From an uncultured Gammaproteobacteria bacterium (lineage in GTDB: Bacteria; Patescibacteriota; Patescibacteriia; Patescibacteriales; UBA12465), in NCBI GenBank assembly GCA_964588465.1, contig CAZPPL010000006.1, positions 1 through 62,374 on the forward strand: a stretch of 62,374 nucleotides of DNA, written 5' to 3'. Under the pieces are notes generated by a model. It was not told the origin of the DNA, did no database searches, and saw nothing but the letters and a program-made list of their open reading frames with translations. The number at the start of each line of letters is the position of its first letter. The stretch's first letter is position 1. The position numbers and the translations under genes were made by a program. This document shows, one piece after another, positions 39,193-48,018 of this stretch.

Positions 39193-40863
39193 ATGTTAAA
39201 TGAAGATAAGAGCCAATTTGCTGTAGCCTATTTCAGTATGGAGATTGCTTTAGAAAATGATTTAAAAACCTATGCTGGTGGTTTAGGTATTTTAGCTGGA
39301 GATTTATTAAAATCAGCAGCTCATGCTCATTTCCCTATGGTGGGTATAACCTTACTTAATCGTCAGGGATACTTTAAACAAACCATGAGTGAAGAAGGCG
39401 AAGAAATTGTTCAGCCCGAAACCACTTTTAATTTTTCTAAACTAGAGAAGCTTTCTCCGCGAGTGCAAGTGAAGGTTGGAACAGAAGAAATTAAGGTTGG
39501 AGTTTGGAAATATTTAATTCCTGGAGGAAATAATTTTTTCAGTCCAGTTTATTTTTTAGATACAGATTTTCCTGAGAATAGTCGACATATTCGTGATTTA
39601 AGTGGACAACTTTATGGTGGTGATTTGGAATATCGTCTCAAACAAGAAATAGTTTTAGGTCGCGCTGGGGTTAAGATGCTAGAAGCTCTAGGTTATAAGA
39701 ATATTAAAAAGTTCCATCTCAATGAAGGGCATGGGGCTTTAGCAGCAATAGAATTATTTTTAGATTCTTCAGGAAAAAATAATAATGAAAAGGTAGCAGA
39801 GGTACGTCAACAAATTGTTTTCACTACTCATACTCCATTAAAGAAAGAGCAAGACGTTTTTTCTTTAGATTATCTAAAACGCTATCAACTAGATTTTCCT
39901 GATTATTTGTCGGGGTTGGTTGAACAAGGGAAAGTGAATTTTACTATAATTGGTCTTTATTTTAGTGCTTATACTAATGCGGTTTCCAAATTACATCAGA
40001 CGGTAAGTCAAAAATTATTTCCTAATTATAAAATAAAGGTAATTACCAACGGAGTCAATTCTCTAAATTGGACTGCTCCAGAATTTAAGAAATTATATGA
40101 CCACTATATTCCAAATTGGCGATCTGATAATTCCTTATTGAAGAAGGCTAAAGAAATTCCTTTAATTGAGATTTGGGCTGCGCATCAAGAAGCAAAAAAA
40201 CATTTAATTACCTATATTAATGAGCATTCTGAAGTTAAATTTTCCGAGAAAGTTTTCACTTTAGGATTTGCTCGTCGTTTTTCTTCTTATAAACGACCAG
40301 ATTTTTTATTTACCAATATTGATAAATTATTACGAGCCCAAAAAAAAGGTGGTGAGATACAAATTGTTTATGCGGGTAAAGCCCATTCCCATGATTTAAA
40401 AGGCAAAGGTTTAATTAAAAAAATTTATGAGCTTAAAGATGAATTAGCTGACAAAATAAAAATTACTTTTTTAATGGATTACGATATGGATTTGGCAAAA
40501 TTATTAACTGCGGGGTCCGATCTTTGGCTTAATACCCCTTTACCACCCAATGAGGCTTCGGGTACTAGTGGAATGAAAGCGGCTCATAATGGGGTTCCAC
40601 AACTCAGCACTTTAGATGGTTGGTGGTTAGAAGGTTATAAAGAAAATGAAACTGGATGGGCGATTGTAGAGTCAAGAGTAAATCAAGAGAAGCCGAAGAG
40701 TAATATTTATAATTTATTGGAGAAAGCTATTTTATCTCTTTATTATAATAATTTACCGGCTTGGCAGGAGATAATGCGTTCCACTATTAGTTTTAATGCT
40801 TCTTATTTTAATACTGATCGAGCCTTGCAACAGTATATTAAAGAAGCTTATAAATTGAGTTAG
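39193..40863 (+). CDS. Alpha-glucan (glycogen/maltodextrin) phosphorylase, GT35 short type
   Basis: FSMEIALENDLKTYAGGLGILAGDLLKSA N-terminal signature. PLP-lysine region EASGTSGMKAAHNGVPQLSTLDGWW. The TTG start at 39154 in the track lies inside tRNA-His, so ATG 39193 (MLNEDKSQ) is used. Confidence 0.9.
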   Translation: MLNEDKSQFAVAYFSMEIALENDLKTYAGGLGILAGDLLKSAAHAHFPMVGITLLNRQGYFKQTMSEEGEEIVQPETTFNFSKLEKLSPRVQVKVGTEEIKVGVWKYLIPGGNNFFSPVYFLDTDFPENSRHIRDLSGQLYGGDLEYRLKQEIVLGRAGVKMLEALGYKNIKKFHLNEGHGALAAIELFLDSSGKNNNEKVAEVRQQIVFTTHTPLKKEQDVFSLDYLKRYQLDFPDYLSGLVEQGKVNFTIIGLYFSAYTNAVSKLHQTVSQKLFPNYKIKVITNGVNSLNWTAPEFKKLYDHYIPNWRSDNSLLKKAKEIPLIEIWAAHQEAKKHLITYINEHSEVKFSEKVFTLGFARRFSSYKRPDFLFTNIDKLLRAQKKGGEIQIVYAGKAHSHDLKGKGLIKKIYELKDELADKIKITFLMDYDMDLAKLLTAGSDLWLNTPLPPNEASGTSGMKAAHNGVPQLSTLDGWWLEGYKENETGWAIVESRVNQEKPKSNIYNLLEKAILSLYYNNLPAWQEIMRSTISFNASYFNTDRALQQYIKEAYKLS

Positions 40864-40938
40864 TATATATAAATAGCTCTTTTAATTATTGTTTATAAAG
40901 ACTATAATATAGTAGTAATAAATTAATTGTTTAATTCT

Positions 40939-41196
40939 ATGCCTAAGAAAACTACAACTAGTGGTCATCAAGAACAATTTAAAGTTTATGGCCATGAGGT
41001 TTTAAAAAAAGTAAAGGAGCTTATTAAAGAAGGGAACATTAGAAGAATTATTATTAAAAATGAAAAAGGAAAAGTGATGATAGAAATTCCTGTAACTTTA
41101 GCCGTGGTAGGGACGGTATTTGCTCCTATTTTAGCAGCAGTGGGAGCTTTAGCAGCGCTAGTGAGTAAATGCACTATTGTGGTAGAAAGAAAATAG
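40939..41196 (+). CDS. DUF4342-domain small protein
   Basis: EVLKKVKELIKEGNIRRIIIKNEKGKVMIEIPVTLAVVG...ALVSKCTIVVER matches my recollection of the DUF4342 pattern. Confidence 0.6.
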   Translation: MPKKTTTSGHQEQFKVYGHEVLKKVKELIKEGNIRRIIIKNEKGKVMIEIPVTLAVVGTVFAPILAAVGALAALVSKCTIVVERK

Positions 41197-41235
41197 TCTA
41201 CCAAAATTCAAAGTTAAAAATTAGTTAAAGTAAAA

Positions 41236-41257
41236 AGACCTAGTTGTAGGTCTTTTT
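41236..41257. terminator. Bidirectional intrinsic terminator
   Basis: A-run, AGACCTA-GTTG-TAGGTCT, T-run. Lies between convergent genes. Confidence 0.65.
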
Positions 41258-41279
41258 ATATTTCCAACAATTATTTTAT

Positions 41280-42650
41280 TTATTTAATTAACTTCAAGAT
41301 TTCATCTCTTTTTTCTTCCATTGTTTTTTTATTCAAAGCTTCTAAATTAAGGCGAATTAGAGGTTCGGTATTTGAACCCCGGACGTTGAACCAAAAAGTA
41401 GGATAAGTTACTGAAACTCCGTCCAGTTCGGTGATCTTTCCGTCAGCATACTGAGTTTTAATTTTTTGGAAAATAGCTTCTTTATCGTTTACTTGCCGAT
41501 TAATTTCTCCAGAGGAAAAATATTTATTATAGGGTTTGATATAGTTAGAAATTTTTTGTTTGGTATTTGAAAAAAGAATTAATAATTTAAGAATCATAAT
41601 TGCTGGATATTCAAAACAACCCGCTGCTCCTTGTAGATAAAAATGTCCAGAAGATTCACCAGCAAAATAAATATTTTCTTTAAGCATCTGCTCTTTAATT
41701 AAAGAGTGTCCTACCCGAGTCATAATTGGATGTCCACCATTTTCTAAAATTAAATCAGAAGTAATTTTACCAGGACGAACGTCATAACCTATTTTAGCTC
41801 CAGGCTTATCAGCTAAAAAGACTTTAGCTAATAGACCCCGAATAATAGCCGGATTAATAGTTTTTCCTTCATTATCTATAAAAAATACACGATCACCATC
41901 ACCGTCAGTAGTAATTCCTAAATCAGCTCTATTTTGTAAGACGGCTTCTTCCAATTCTCGTCGGTTTTCTTCCTTGGAAGGATTAGCCTCGTGTACTGGA
42001 AACGATCCATCTAAAGTAAAGTTTAAGGGAATAAAGTTTATAGGTAATTTTGTAAACAAACTCTGTAAATAGGTTGCCCCCATGCCACTTGAGGCATCGG
42101 CTATAATTTTAAAGCTTTTGATTTTATTAATATCCACTAAGCTTAAGGCATAAGTTATTTCATCTGATAGGGCTCGTTGATTTTTAATAACTTTCCCAGG
42201 AGTGTTGGCTAACGAAAAATTATTAAGTAATATTTTTTTCTTTAAGAAGTCTATTCCTGTTTCACCACTAATAGGAACACTTCGGGAACGCACTAATTTA
42301 AAACCGTTCCAATCTTTAGGATTATGTGAGGCGGAAATCATTATTCCGCCATCATAATTATAGTGTCCAACCGCGAAATAAAAAGTAGGAGTGGATATAG
42401 TTTCTAAATCAATAGCCTCAGCTCCAGCTTTAGTAATACCTTTAATCAAGCTAGTCTTTAAAATAGGAGAAGATAATCGCATGTCAGTTGCTATAGCTAT
42501 TTGTAAGGTATGACCGGAAGAATAGTCTGGATCATTTTTTCTTAGTTCTACATAAGCCAAACCTAATAGATAAGCTAACTCTTGGTCAAAGTCTTGACCA
42601 TAAATTCCTCGAATATCGTAAGCTTTGAAAACATTAAGATTTAATAACAT
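41280..42650 (-). CDS. Phosphomannomutase/phosphoglucomutase (alpha-D-phosphohexomutase family)
   Basis: Active-site loop ISASHNPKDWNGFK, metal loop TDGDGDR, sugar loop GESSGH. Confidence 0.93.
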   Translation of the reverse strand: MLLNLNVFKAYDIRGIYGQDFDQELAYLLGLAYVELRKNDPDYSSGHTLQIAIATDMRLSSPILKTSLIKGITKAGAEAIDLETISTPTFYFAVGHYNYDGGIMISASHNPKDWNGFKLVRSRSVPISGETGIDFLKKKILLNNFSLANTPGKVIKNQRALSDEITYALSLVDINKIKSFKIIADASSGMGATYLQSLFTKLPINFIPLNFTLDGSFPVHEANPSKEENRRELEEAVLQNRADLGITTDGDGDRVFFIDNEGKTINPAIIRGLLAKVFLADKPGAKIGYDVRPGKITSDLILENGGHPIMTRVGHSLIKEQMLKENIYFAGESSGHFYLQGAAGCFEYPAIMILKLLILFSNTKQKISNYIKPYNKYFSSGEINRQVNDKEAIFQKIKTQYADGKITELDGVSVTYPTFWFNVRGSNTEPLIRLNLEALNKKTMEEKRDEILKLIK

Positions 42651-43764
42651 AATTCCAAATACCCCCTAAGCCGAGCCAAATAGCAATTAAGCCAATAATC
42701 CAGCCGACCCAAGGAATAGAAAATATTAGCCAACAAATACTTACTCCAACCACTAAAGGCCAGAATAAAGATGAATTGGATTTTTTATTTAAGCTTCTAA
42801 TTATAATCTGACCGACCAATATGGCGGTCAATATTTTAGCAATATAAACAGCAATTAACCAAGTACTGCTGATAATTAAAGACAAAGGAATGCCAATAAG
42901 TGTAAAGATTAGGACTACAGCCACTAAAGGAGGTATAAACATTAATAGTAGTCCAGGCAAGAGGGTTTTAATTAAAGGTTCGGTCATTTTCTTTAATAAT
43001 TTATCAGTAGTTTTTTTAGCTATAAATATTAATATCAAGCCCACTATTAAAGCGGAAAAAATAGAAAAGATTTCTTTCCATAAGTATAGTAACCACCAAT
43101 TGGTTTTCTGTGGGGGTAGATTATTTTGTTGAGTTTGTCCTTTAATAATCGCGTGTTTGGAAATATTAGCGGTATTTTTAGCAGTATAGGTGACATTACC
43201 ATTAATAATAGCTGAAGAACTAATTATTAAAGCTGGTTTATTTCCTTCATTAGTTAATTTTAGATTAAGATTTCTACCGATTTTACCAGTAATTAAAGCC
43301 CGTCCAGCTCTACCACTTAGACTACCATTAATTATTCCCCGCATTTCTACATTTTGTCCTATTAAATATACATCCCAACCCACGTGAGAGTTAGGGCCGA
43401 AGATAATATTTGATCCAAAAGCATTAACATTACGGGTAACTGGGCCATTGATAGTTAGATTACTACCAGCGATACGAATATTGCCACCTACCGAGCCATT
43501 AATAGTAATATTTTGAGCTACTCCAATAATATCCCCTTCAACTTCCCCATTAACAACTAGATTCTGAGTTACCACAATTAAATCACCGCTAATAGTGCCA
43601 TTTACGGTTATAGTCTGCCCGCTGGCGTAAAGATTCCCACTGATAATTTGAGTTTTGGCGACATATACTGTACCTTCTATCCTAGGACTAGCGGCTTTTA
43701 CTGTGCTTATAGGCAACAGGACTAGTAATGAAAATAAAAAGACTTTAAGGATTTTACTATTCAT
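42634..43764 (-). CDS. Signal-peptide protein with bactofilin-like beta-helix repeats fused to a polytopic C-terminal membrane domain
   Basis: Signal-like N-terminus MNSKILKVFLFSLLVLLPISTVKA. About 170 aa of repeats follow (ISGDLIVVTQNLVVNGEVEGDIIGVAQNITINGSVGGNIRIAGSNLTINGPV...), then 4-5 TM helices. The stop overlaps the phosphohexomutase start by 17 nt. Confidence 0.55.
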   Translation of the reverse strand: MNSKILKVFLFSLLVLLPISTVKAASPRIEGTVYVAKTQIISGNLYASGQTITVNGTISGDLIVVTQNLVVNGEVEGDIIGVAQNITINGSVGGNIRIAGSNLTINGPVTRNVNAFGSNIIFGPNSHVGWDVYLIGQNVEMRGIINGSLSGRAGRALITGKIGRNLNLKLTNEGNKPALIISSSAIINGNVTYTAKNTANISKHAIIKGQTQQNNLPPQKTNWWLLYLWKEIFSIFSALIVGLILIFIAKKTTDKLLKKMTEPLIKTLLPGLLLMFIPPLVAVVLIFTLIGIPLSLIISSTWLIAVYIAKILTAILVGQIIIRSLNKKSNSSLFWPLVVGVSICWLIFSIPWVGWIIGLIAIWLGLGGIWNYVIKS

Positions 43765-43845
43765 AATAATATTGTTTAATTAGGAAAAATGTTATATTGT
43801 TAGGTAGCAATAAAAATATTGACTTTTCTATTATAACTTAAATAT

Positions 43846-45462
43846 ATGGCAGAAGCAATAAGAGAGCTGTTAGAAAGATATGCCACCGACATTAATAATC
43901 GAGAAAATTTAGAGAATGCTAAACGGATTATTTGTAAAAAATATCATTTAGCAACAGTTTTAAACTCGGATATTTTAGCTGAATATCGTAATTTATTATT
44001 AACTGGTTTTAAACCTTTAAAATTATTAGAAGCTAGTTTGCGTAAAAGAAGTATAAGAACTCTCTCGGGCGTTGCTCCTATAGCGGTTTTAACTAAACCT
44101 TATCCTTGTCCAGGACATTGTGTTTATTGTCCTCATGAAGAAAATGTTCCGATTAGCTATTTATCTAATGAACCAGCAGTAATGCGAGCTATTCGTTGTG
44201 GTTATGATCCCTATAAACAAGTTATTTGGCGTTTAAAGTCTTTGGAAAACAATGGGCACGAACCCACTAAAATTGAATTGATCGTCATTGGTGGCACTTG
44301 GAGTTATTTACCTGTAAGATATAAATATTGGTATATTTTAAGTTGTTTCCGAGCGGCTAATGATTATATTAAAATTGGGAATAAAGTATTTAAATCTTCT
44401 AAAAATGAAAAAAGATTTCAAGATAAGTTATTGTCACCTTTTAAACAAAATTTAAATTTAGAATATTTACGCTCGGCTTTAAGAATTGAACAAAAGAAAA
44501 ATGAAGGAACCCGATATCAAATTATTGGAGTAACTCTAGAAACTCGTCCAGATTATATTAATCTTTCAGAGTTAGCAGAAATGCGTGATTTAGGTTGTAC
44601 CCGAGTAGAGATTGGAGTACAAGTGCTTGATGATCAAATATTGAAATTAAATAAACGGGGGCATGGGGTTAAAGAAATAGCTCTGGCTACTAAATTATTA
44701 AAAGAATATGGTTTTAAAATTACTTATCATGTAATGCCCGCCTTGCCTGGAGCAACTCCAGCTAGAGATTTGAGTTTGTTTAAGAAATTGTTTATTGATG
44801 AAAGATTTCAACCCGATCAAATTAAATTCTATCCCACCGTGGTAACTCAAGGTAGTCAGTTATATGATTGGTATAGAGCTGGAAAATATAAGCCATATTC
44901 TAATAAGGTTTTACAGGATTTAATCATAAAATGTAAGGCCGTAGTTCCACCTTACGTACGAATTATGCGGCTAATTCGGGATATCCCTGGCGAATCAATC
45001 GTGGCTGGAAATAAAATTACCAATTTAAGACAAATTCTAAAGGATCGTGGAGTTAAATGTAATTGTATTCGTTGTCGAGAAGCCCGAGGAACTAAGGTAG
45101 TGGATTATCATCTTAATTCTATTAAATATCCCGCTTCTAGTGGAATAGAATATTTTATTAGTGCCGATAGCTTAGATCATAAAATATTATATGGATTTTG
45201 TCGTTTACGAATTGATAAAAATAGTCCAATAGCACCAGCGATTATTCGCGAATTACATGTTTATGGTGAACTAGTTCCTGTTGGCAGTGCTCATAAAGTA
45301 CAGCATAGCGGTTTAGGTAAAAAATTATTGCAGATGGCTGAAAAAATAATTAAGCACAATAAACTTAATAAAATTGCGGTTATTTCTGGAGTAGGAGTTA
45401 GGGAATATTATAGAAAACAGGGATATAAATTACATAATACTTATATGATTAAAAAAGTTTGA
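43846..45462 (+). CDS. Elp3-like radical-SAM/GNAT enzyme (tRNA U34 carboxymethylation type)
   Basis: N-terminal radical SAM cluster site KPYPCPGHCVYCP (CxxxCxxC), RPDYI, central Elp3 region. C-terminal GNAT with IRELHVYGELVPVG...VQHSGLGKKLLQMAEKI. Confidence 0.85.
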   Translation: MAEAIRELLERYATDINNRENLENAKRIICKKYHLATVLNSDILAEYRNLLLTGFKPLKLLEASLRKRSIRTLSGVAPIAVLTKPYPCPGHCVYCPHEENVPISYLSNEPAVMRAIRCGYDPYKQVIWRLKSLENNGHEPTKIELIVIGGTWSYLPVRYKYWYILSCFRAANDYIKIGNKVFKSSKNEKRFQDKLLSPFKQNLNLEYLRSALRIEQKKNEGTRYQIIGVTLETRPDYINLSELAEMRDLGCTRVEIGVQVLDDQILKLNKRGHGVKEIALATKLLKEYGFKITYHVMPALPGATPARDLSLFKKLFIDERFQPDQIKFYPTVVTQGSQLYDWYRAGKYKPYSNKVLQDLIIKCKAVVPPYVRIMRLIRDIPGESIVAGNKITNLRQILKDRGVKCNCIRCREARGTKVVDYHLNSIKYPASSGIEYFISADSLDHKILYGFCRLRIDKNSPIAPAIIRELHVYGELVPVGSAHKVQHSGLGKKLLQMAEKIIKHNKLNKIAVISGVGVREYYRKQGYKLHNTYMIKKV

Positions 45463-45467
45463 TTTTA

Positions 45468-45496
45468 TTGTGATTATTTGATAATTAGATTATAAT
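45468..45496 (+). promoter_or_regulatory. Sigma70-type promoter of a tiny transcription unit
   Basis: TTGTGA (45468-45473), 17-nt spacer, TATAAT (45491-45496). The ATG of the mini-ORF lies 10 nt after the -10 element, so the 5' UTR is leaderless or very short. Confidence 0.45.
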
Positions 45497-45505
45497 AGAT
45501 ATAAT

Positions 45506-45568
45506 ATGTTACTTAATAAAACTACGACAACTTGGTCAAGTTTTAATTTCAAAGGCTTCTTTTTCTAA
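45506..45568 (+). CDS. Candidate 20-codon leader-type mini-ORF (MLLNKTTTTWSSFNFKGFFF)
   Basis: My own translation. There are four consecutive Thr codons (ACT ACG ACA ACT). The stop lies 2 nt before a segment (CCAGGGT) that can pair with the 5' half of the downstream terminator. Confidence 0.3.
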   Translation: MLLNKTTTTWSSFNFKGFFF

Positions 45569-45595
45569 TTCCAGGGTGGATTTATTTAATTAAAA

Positions 45596-45614
45596 AACCC
45601 TAGGAGGGTTTTTT
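45596..45614 (+). terminator. Intrinsic terminator after the mini-ORF
   Basis: AACCCT-AGG-AGGGTT followed by TTTTTT, preceded by an A-run. Confidence 0.6.
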
Positions 45615-45810
45615 ATTTATTTAATTTTTTCTTTTCTTAGTAATTATCTAGGTTTAAGAAGCCATTATTAGCAAGTAGATATTTTTAATTATCCTTTTCA
45701 TTCTCCGTTAATTAATATTAATGATAATCTAGCTAATATAATTAACTCACAATTAATATTAGAGATGATATGTATGCTCCCTTTTTTAGGGAGATGAAAT
45801 AATTTTTATT

Positions 45811-45839
45811 TTGACAAAAAAGTTAGGCTAACTTAAAAT
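45811..45839 (+). promoter_or_regulatory. Sigma70-type promoter upstream of glyA
   Basis: TTGACA (45811-45816), 17-nt spacer, TAAAAT (45834-45839). Confidence 0.5.
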
Positions 45840-45878
45840 TAAGCTATTGGCTAGGATAAGGATAAAATTAATAACTAT

Positions 45879-47123
45879 ATGAAATATAATCATTTAATAT
45901 CACAAGATCCCGAAGTTTGGGATATAATTAAGAAAGAAGAGTCTCGTCAGAATGAGGAATTAGAGCTGATTGCCTCAGAAAACTATGTTAGCCCTGCAGT
46001 TTTAGAGACTTTAGCCAATGTATTGACTAATAAATATAGTGAGGGTTATCCTGGGCGTCGTTATTATGGAGGAAACCGCAATATTGATGATATTGAAAAT
46101 CTAGCTATTCTTCGGGCGAAGAAATTATTTAAAGCTGAGCATGTTAATGTTCAGCCCTTATCTGGTTCACCAGCTAATGCTGCGGTATATATGGCTTTTC
46201 TTAATCCTGGTGATAAAGTTTTAGGTCTGAAATTGGATCATGGTGGACATTTATCTCATGGGCATAGAGTAAATTTTTCTGGTCGTTTATATAATTTTAT
46301 ACAATATGGTTTAGATGTTAAAACTGGTATTATTGACATGAACCAGGTGCGAGAGATCGCCTTAAAAGAAAGGCCCAAAATGATTGTAGCTGGTTTTAGT
46401 GCCTATTCTAGAGAAATTGAATGGCAAAAATTTCAGGATATTGCTGACGAAATTGGAGCTTATACTTTTGCCGATATTGCCCATATTGCCGGTTTAATTG
46501 CTGCTCAGCAATTAACTAACCCTGTTCCTATTTTTGATGTTGTCTCCACTACTACTCATAAAACTCTGCGTGGGCCGCGAGGAGCAATTATTATGTGTAA
46601 AGAAAAATTTGCTAAACAAGTTGATAGTGCGGTTTTCCCTGGTATGCAAGGTGGTCCACATGACCATATCACCGCAGCCAAGGCCGTAGCTTTTGGTGAA
46701 GCTTTAAGACCAGAATTTACAAATTATGCTCGGCAAATAATTAAAAATGCGCGAACCATGGCTCAGGAATTTGTAAAACTGGATTATAAAATAATTTCTG
46801 GGGGGACTGATAATCATTTAATGGTTTTAGATTTAAGAAATAAAGGGTTGGTTGGCAAAGAAGCAGAAAAAATTTTAGAACAAATTGGTATTTCGGTTTC
46901 GCGTTCAACTATTCCTGACGACCCTAACTCCCCGATGAATCCTTCGGGCATCAGAATAGGCACTCCTGCGGTCACCACCAGAGGAATGAAAGAGCCAGAA
47001 ATGAAGTTAATTGTGGACTATATTAATCAGGCCTTTAAAGAAAAGGAAAATAGAATTAAATTAGTTAGTTTAAAACAGAGGATAAAAGAATTAGCAGAAG
47101 AATTTATAATTCCTATTAAATAA
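45879..47123 (+). CDS. glyA: Serine hydroxymethyltransferase
   Basis: ELIASENYVS, YSEGYPGRRYYGG, PLP-lysine motif TTTHKTLRGPRG. Confidence 0.97.
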   Translation: MKYNHLISQDPEVWDIIKKEESRQNEELELIASENYVSPAVLETLANVLTNKYSEGYPGRRYYGGNRNIDDIENLAILRAKKLFKAEHVNVQPLSGSPANAAVYMAFLNPGDKVLGLKLDHGGHLSHGHRVNFSGRLYNFIQYGLDVKTGIIDMNQVREIALKERPKMIVAGFSAYSREIEWQKFQDIADEIGAYTFADIAHIAGLIAAQQLTNPVPIFDVVSTTTHKTLRGPRGAIIMCKEKFAKQVDSAVFPGMQGGPHDHITAAKAVAFGEALRPEFTNYARQIIKNARTMAQEFVKLDYKIISGGTDNHLMVLDLRNKGLVGKEAEKILEQIGISVSRSTIPDDPNSPMNPSGIRIGTPAVTTRGMKEPEMKLIVDYINQAFKEKENRIKLVSLKQRIKELAEEFIIPIK

Positions 47124-47129
47124 TTAAGT

Positions 47130-47930
47130 ATGGTACAAAAAATAGACGGTCGGATAATTGCTGAGCGAATTAATAAAGATATTGCTCAAAAAATTTATAA
47201 ACTTAAAGGTCCGAGACCTAATTTAGCCGTAATTTTAGTGGGTGATAGAGAGGACTCTAAACTTTATGTTTCCTTAAAAGAACGAACTGGGAAGATAGTG
47301 GGAGTTGATACTCATATATATAAATTAGATCAGGATATAACAGAATTAAAATTATTAGAAGTTATTGGTTTTTTAAATGAGGATTCTTTAATTGATGGCA
47401 TTTTAGTTCAACTACCTTTACCGAAAAGAATTAATCCTAATAAAATAATTGCAGCAATAAACCCTTTAAAAGATGTAGATGGTTTTTGTCCTAATCATCC
47501 TGATTATCTAGTATCTCCAGTCTTGTCCTCAATATTAGCCTGTCTTAAAGAAATCAATTTTGTAACTACCAATAAAAGTGCTTGTGTCCTATATAATTCC
47601 TCAGTGTTTGGATTGAGTGTTAAAATTATGTTAGAAGATTTAGGTATGACAGTCAGTTTACAAAAAAATTTAGAAACGGCGGATTTATTAATTAGTTCCC
47701 AAGGAAGACCTCATCATATTAAAGGAATAATGATTAAAAAAGCTGCAGTGATTATTGATGTTGGGATTACTAAGGTTCAGGGAAAGGTTCAGGGTGATGT
47801 TGATTATGAAGATGTTAAAACTAAAGCCAGCTTTATCACTCCAGTCCCAGGAGGAATTGGACCAATGACTATTGCTTTTCTGTTTAAAAATACTTGGGAA
47901 ATTTTTAATCGCAGACGGGAGAAGTCTTAA
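47130..47930 (+). CDS. folD: Bifunctional 5,10-methylene-THF dehydrogenase/cyclohydrolase
   Basis: LAVILVGDREDSKLYV, GILVQLPLP, KDVDGF, TPVPGGIGPMTIAFL. Confidence 0.93.
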   Translation: MVQKIDGRIIAERINKDIAQKIYKLKGPRPNLAVILVGDREDSKLYVSLKERTGKIVGVDTHIYKLDQDITELKLLEVIGFLNEDSLIDGILVQLPLPKRINPNKIIAAINPLKDVDGFCPNHPDYLVSPVLSSILACLKEINFVTTNKSACVLYNSSVFGLSVKIMLEDLGMTVSLQKNLETADLLISSQGRPHHIKGIMIKKAAVIIDVGITKVQGKVQGDVDYEDVKTKASFITPVPGGIGPMTIAFLFKNTWEIFNRRREKS

Positions 47931-48018
47931 AGTAATTAGATTGTTATAGTTTTTTTATGACGAAAAGGGTTTTTTATTTACAATTTTTATTGTTTAAAAA
48001 TTAATTTTTATTAATTTA

